A stretch of 64,000 bases of DNA from the human T2T-CHM13v2.0 reference genome, Homo sapiens. The notes beneath the pieces were generated by a model that saw nothing but the letters and a program-made list of their open reading frames with translations, had not been told where the DNA came from and ran no database searches. The position numbers were made by a program, and so were the translations under genes. Location: the NCBI RefSeq assembly GCF_009914755.1, contig NC_060938.1; one strand, given 5' to 3'. Numbering within the stretch: position 1 is the stretch's first letter; the number at the start of each line of letters is the position of its first letter. This document shows, in pieces, positions 61,701 through 64,000 of this stretch.

Positions 61701-64000
61701 TTTTATATGGCAGAAGTAGAAAAAAAAACAGAGAGAGGAAAAAGGTTCCACACGTTGTATAACCCTGTTATACAACCAGATTTCCTGAGAACTCACTATC
61801 ACAAGGTCAGTATCAAGATGTTGCTTAACCATTGGTGAAAGATCTGCCCCCTACCACCCACACCCCTCACTGTTTCCAGGCAGAAGCCTGAGGCAGAGGC
61901 AGAGCCACTAGGAAAACCTCTACTAGGGCAGAGCAGAAAAAATAGATGGGCTTGGAGGCCCCACGCATGAGGTTACCATCCTCAGACCCCAGATTCATAG
62001 ACCCACCAACAGCTTGCACTCTCAGTATGGAAAAGCTACAGGCACTCAACACCAGCCCAGCCTATGAGGTCAGCCACGGCGGCTACACCCTGCAAACCAC
62101 AGGTGCACAGCCCTGGTAGAGGTTTTCCATGAGGATATGCCTCTGCAGCAGGCTACTCCCCCTTCCTACTGCCCACCACCCTCTCACCACCCTACTTCCA
62201 GCCTACTCCTCCCCACCCTACCCATTTATTTTCCCTTTCACCCCTACAAACCTCCTGTTTGTGACTAAATCACCTCCCACCAGGTCCCACCTACAACAGT
62301 CAGGAATGCTGTTCCCCATGAGTTTTTGTAGAGAAACACAGCCGAACCATATTATCCTGACCCTGACACCCCCACATCTCATGTCTTTCTCACATAGAAA
62401 AATACAAACATGCCTTTTCAAAAGTTTCAAAAAGTCTTAACTCATTCCAGCAGTAACTCAAATGTAGTAAGTTCAAGTCTCATCCAGAACAAGACCAATC
62501 CCTTCTGCCTATAAGTCCCTGAATGTAAAATACAATTCTTTTCTTTCAAGTTAAAACGATGGCACAGGCACTGGGTAAACTTTCTCAAACCAAAGGGAAG
62601 ATTTTCCCAGAAAAATAACACAATTGGGACACAGGCCCAATCCGACTCCAAAACCCAGCAGGACAGCATTCATTTATCATGAGAACTCACTATCACACAG
62701 ACTGCATTAAGGAGATAGTATTTAAACATTTGTGAAGGATCTGCCACCCGTCCCCATGTTTCACCTTCACTCACACCATGAACCTCCGTTCCCCTACATC
62801 CCCCTTCCAACCCCCATTCTCTACCATGATTAAATCATCTTCTACCAAGCCCCGCGTTTAACATTCCCCATTACAATTCAACATGAGTTTTGGTAGGGAC
62901 ACAGAGCCAAATCATATTATTCTCCCTTTGGCTCCCCAATCTCACATCCTTCTCATACTGCAAAATACAATGATGCATCCTCTACAGTCCCCCAGTGTCT
63001 GAACTCATTCCAGCATTTACTCAAATGTCCATTTGTGAAGGATGCACCCCCCGCCCCTGCCTTTCACCCCCAACCCCACCACAATCACCCCAACCCTCCC
63101 CATCCCCTAATCACCCCCACCCTCCCCACCCCCCCAACCATCCCACCTCCACTCTCCATCATGATTAAATCACCTTCCACCAGCCCCCACCTTTAACATT
63201 TCCCATTAAAATTCCATATGAGTTTTGGTAGAGACACAGAGCCAAAACATATTATTCTGTCCCTGGTCCCCCAAAGTTCATGTCTTTCTCACATTGCAAA
63301 ACGCAATGATGACTTCCCTAGAGTCCCCCAAATCTTAACTCATCCCAGCGTTTACTCAAATATCTAAAGCCCAAAGTCTCTTCTGAGACAAGGCTGCCAT
63401 ACCTTCTGCCCTGAGCCTCTGAAATACAAAGCAAGTTAACCACTTCCAAGGTACAATGATTGTACAGGCATTGGGTAAGCATTCCAAGCCAAAAGGAAGA
63501 AATTTGCCAGAAAGAAGCACAAAACACAGATGAGACTTAAAAACCACCTGCAAGTCAAAAACACAGCAGGCCAGTCATTCCATCATACAGCTCCAAATCA
63601 TCTTTTTGGAATCTATGTCCACATCCAGAACACAGGGTGGTGTGATGGCTGGGATCCCAAGGCCTTGGGCAGCTCTGCACATGTGGCATTGCAGAATCTT
63701 CCCCCTACAGCTGCCCTCATTGGCTAGGCTGCCATTGAGTACCTGTAGCCTTTCAACACTAAGGGTGCAAGCAGCTGGTGGGTCTATGAAACTGAGGTCT
63801 GGAAAATGGTGCCTCCCTCTATGGGGACTCCAACCCTATACTTTCCTTGTGTACTACCTGAGTAGAGGTTTACCATGAGGCTCTGCCTCTTGGAAAAGCT
63901 TCTGGCTAGACACTCAGGCTTTCTGATATATTCTCTGGAGTCCAGACGAAGGCTCTGAAGCTTCTAGTCCTGTGCTTTATGCACCTGCTGGCTTAACACT
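55790..64000. repeat. ~2.8-3.1 kb-period tandem array of MST/THE1 LTR + internal sequence (about 3 units, runs off window)
   Basis: Landmarks recur: atatggca...agtag at ~55808, 58640, 61705; cactg(c/t)ttccaggcagaagcc at ~55953, 58792, 61867. Confidence 0.85.

Overview
Primate (human-like) non-coding genomic DNA that looks like a pericentromeric segmental-duplication mosaic. I find no credible intact protein-coding gene. Repeat family and gene names come from recalled consensus sequences, not database searches. From left to right: (i) a CpG-rich housekeeping-type promoter (~2.1-2.5 kb) with candidate + strand non-coding exons; (ii) a MER57A-type ERV1 provirus (5912-19874) with both LTRs, a GTTC target-site duplication and a tRNA-Leu primer-binding site, into which a full-length dead L1PA3/4, a MER52A LTR, four Alus and a 35-37 bp minisatellite are nested; (iii) old L1, MaLR, Tigger and many Alu insertions; (iv) a ~3.3 kb 48-bp CER satellite array; (v) a processed SNX18 pseudogene whose PX-domain end is rearranged into an array of inverted repeats; (vi) a twin-primed L1, an old L1 5' end carrying a templated patchwork insertion, and an ACTB 3'UTR retrocopy; (vii) a ~3 kb-period tandem array made of MST/THE1 MaLR sequence. 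I cannot support a new protein-based system here. The most unusual structures are the SNX18-derived fold-back array, the apparent MaLR-LTR origin of the CER monomer, and the three-jump template-switch insertion.
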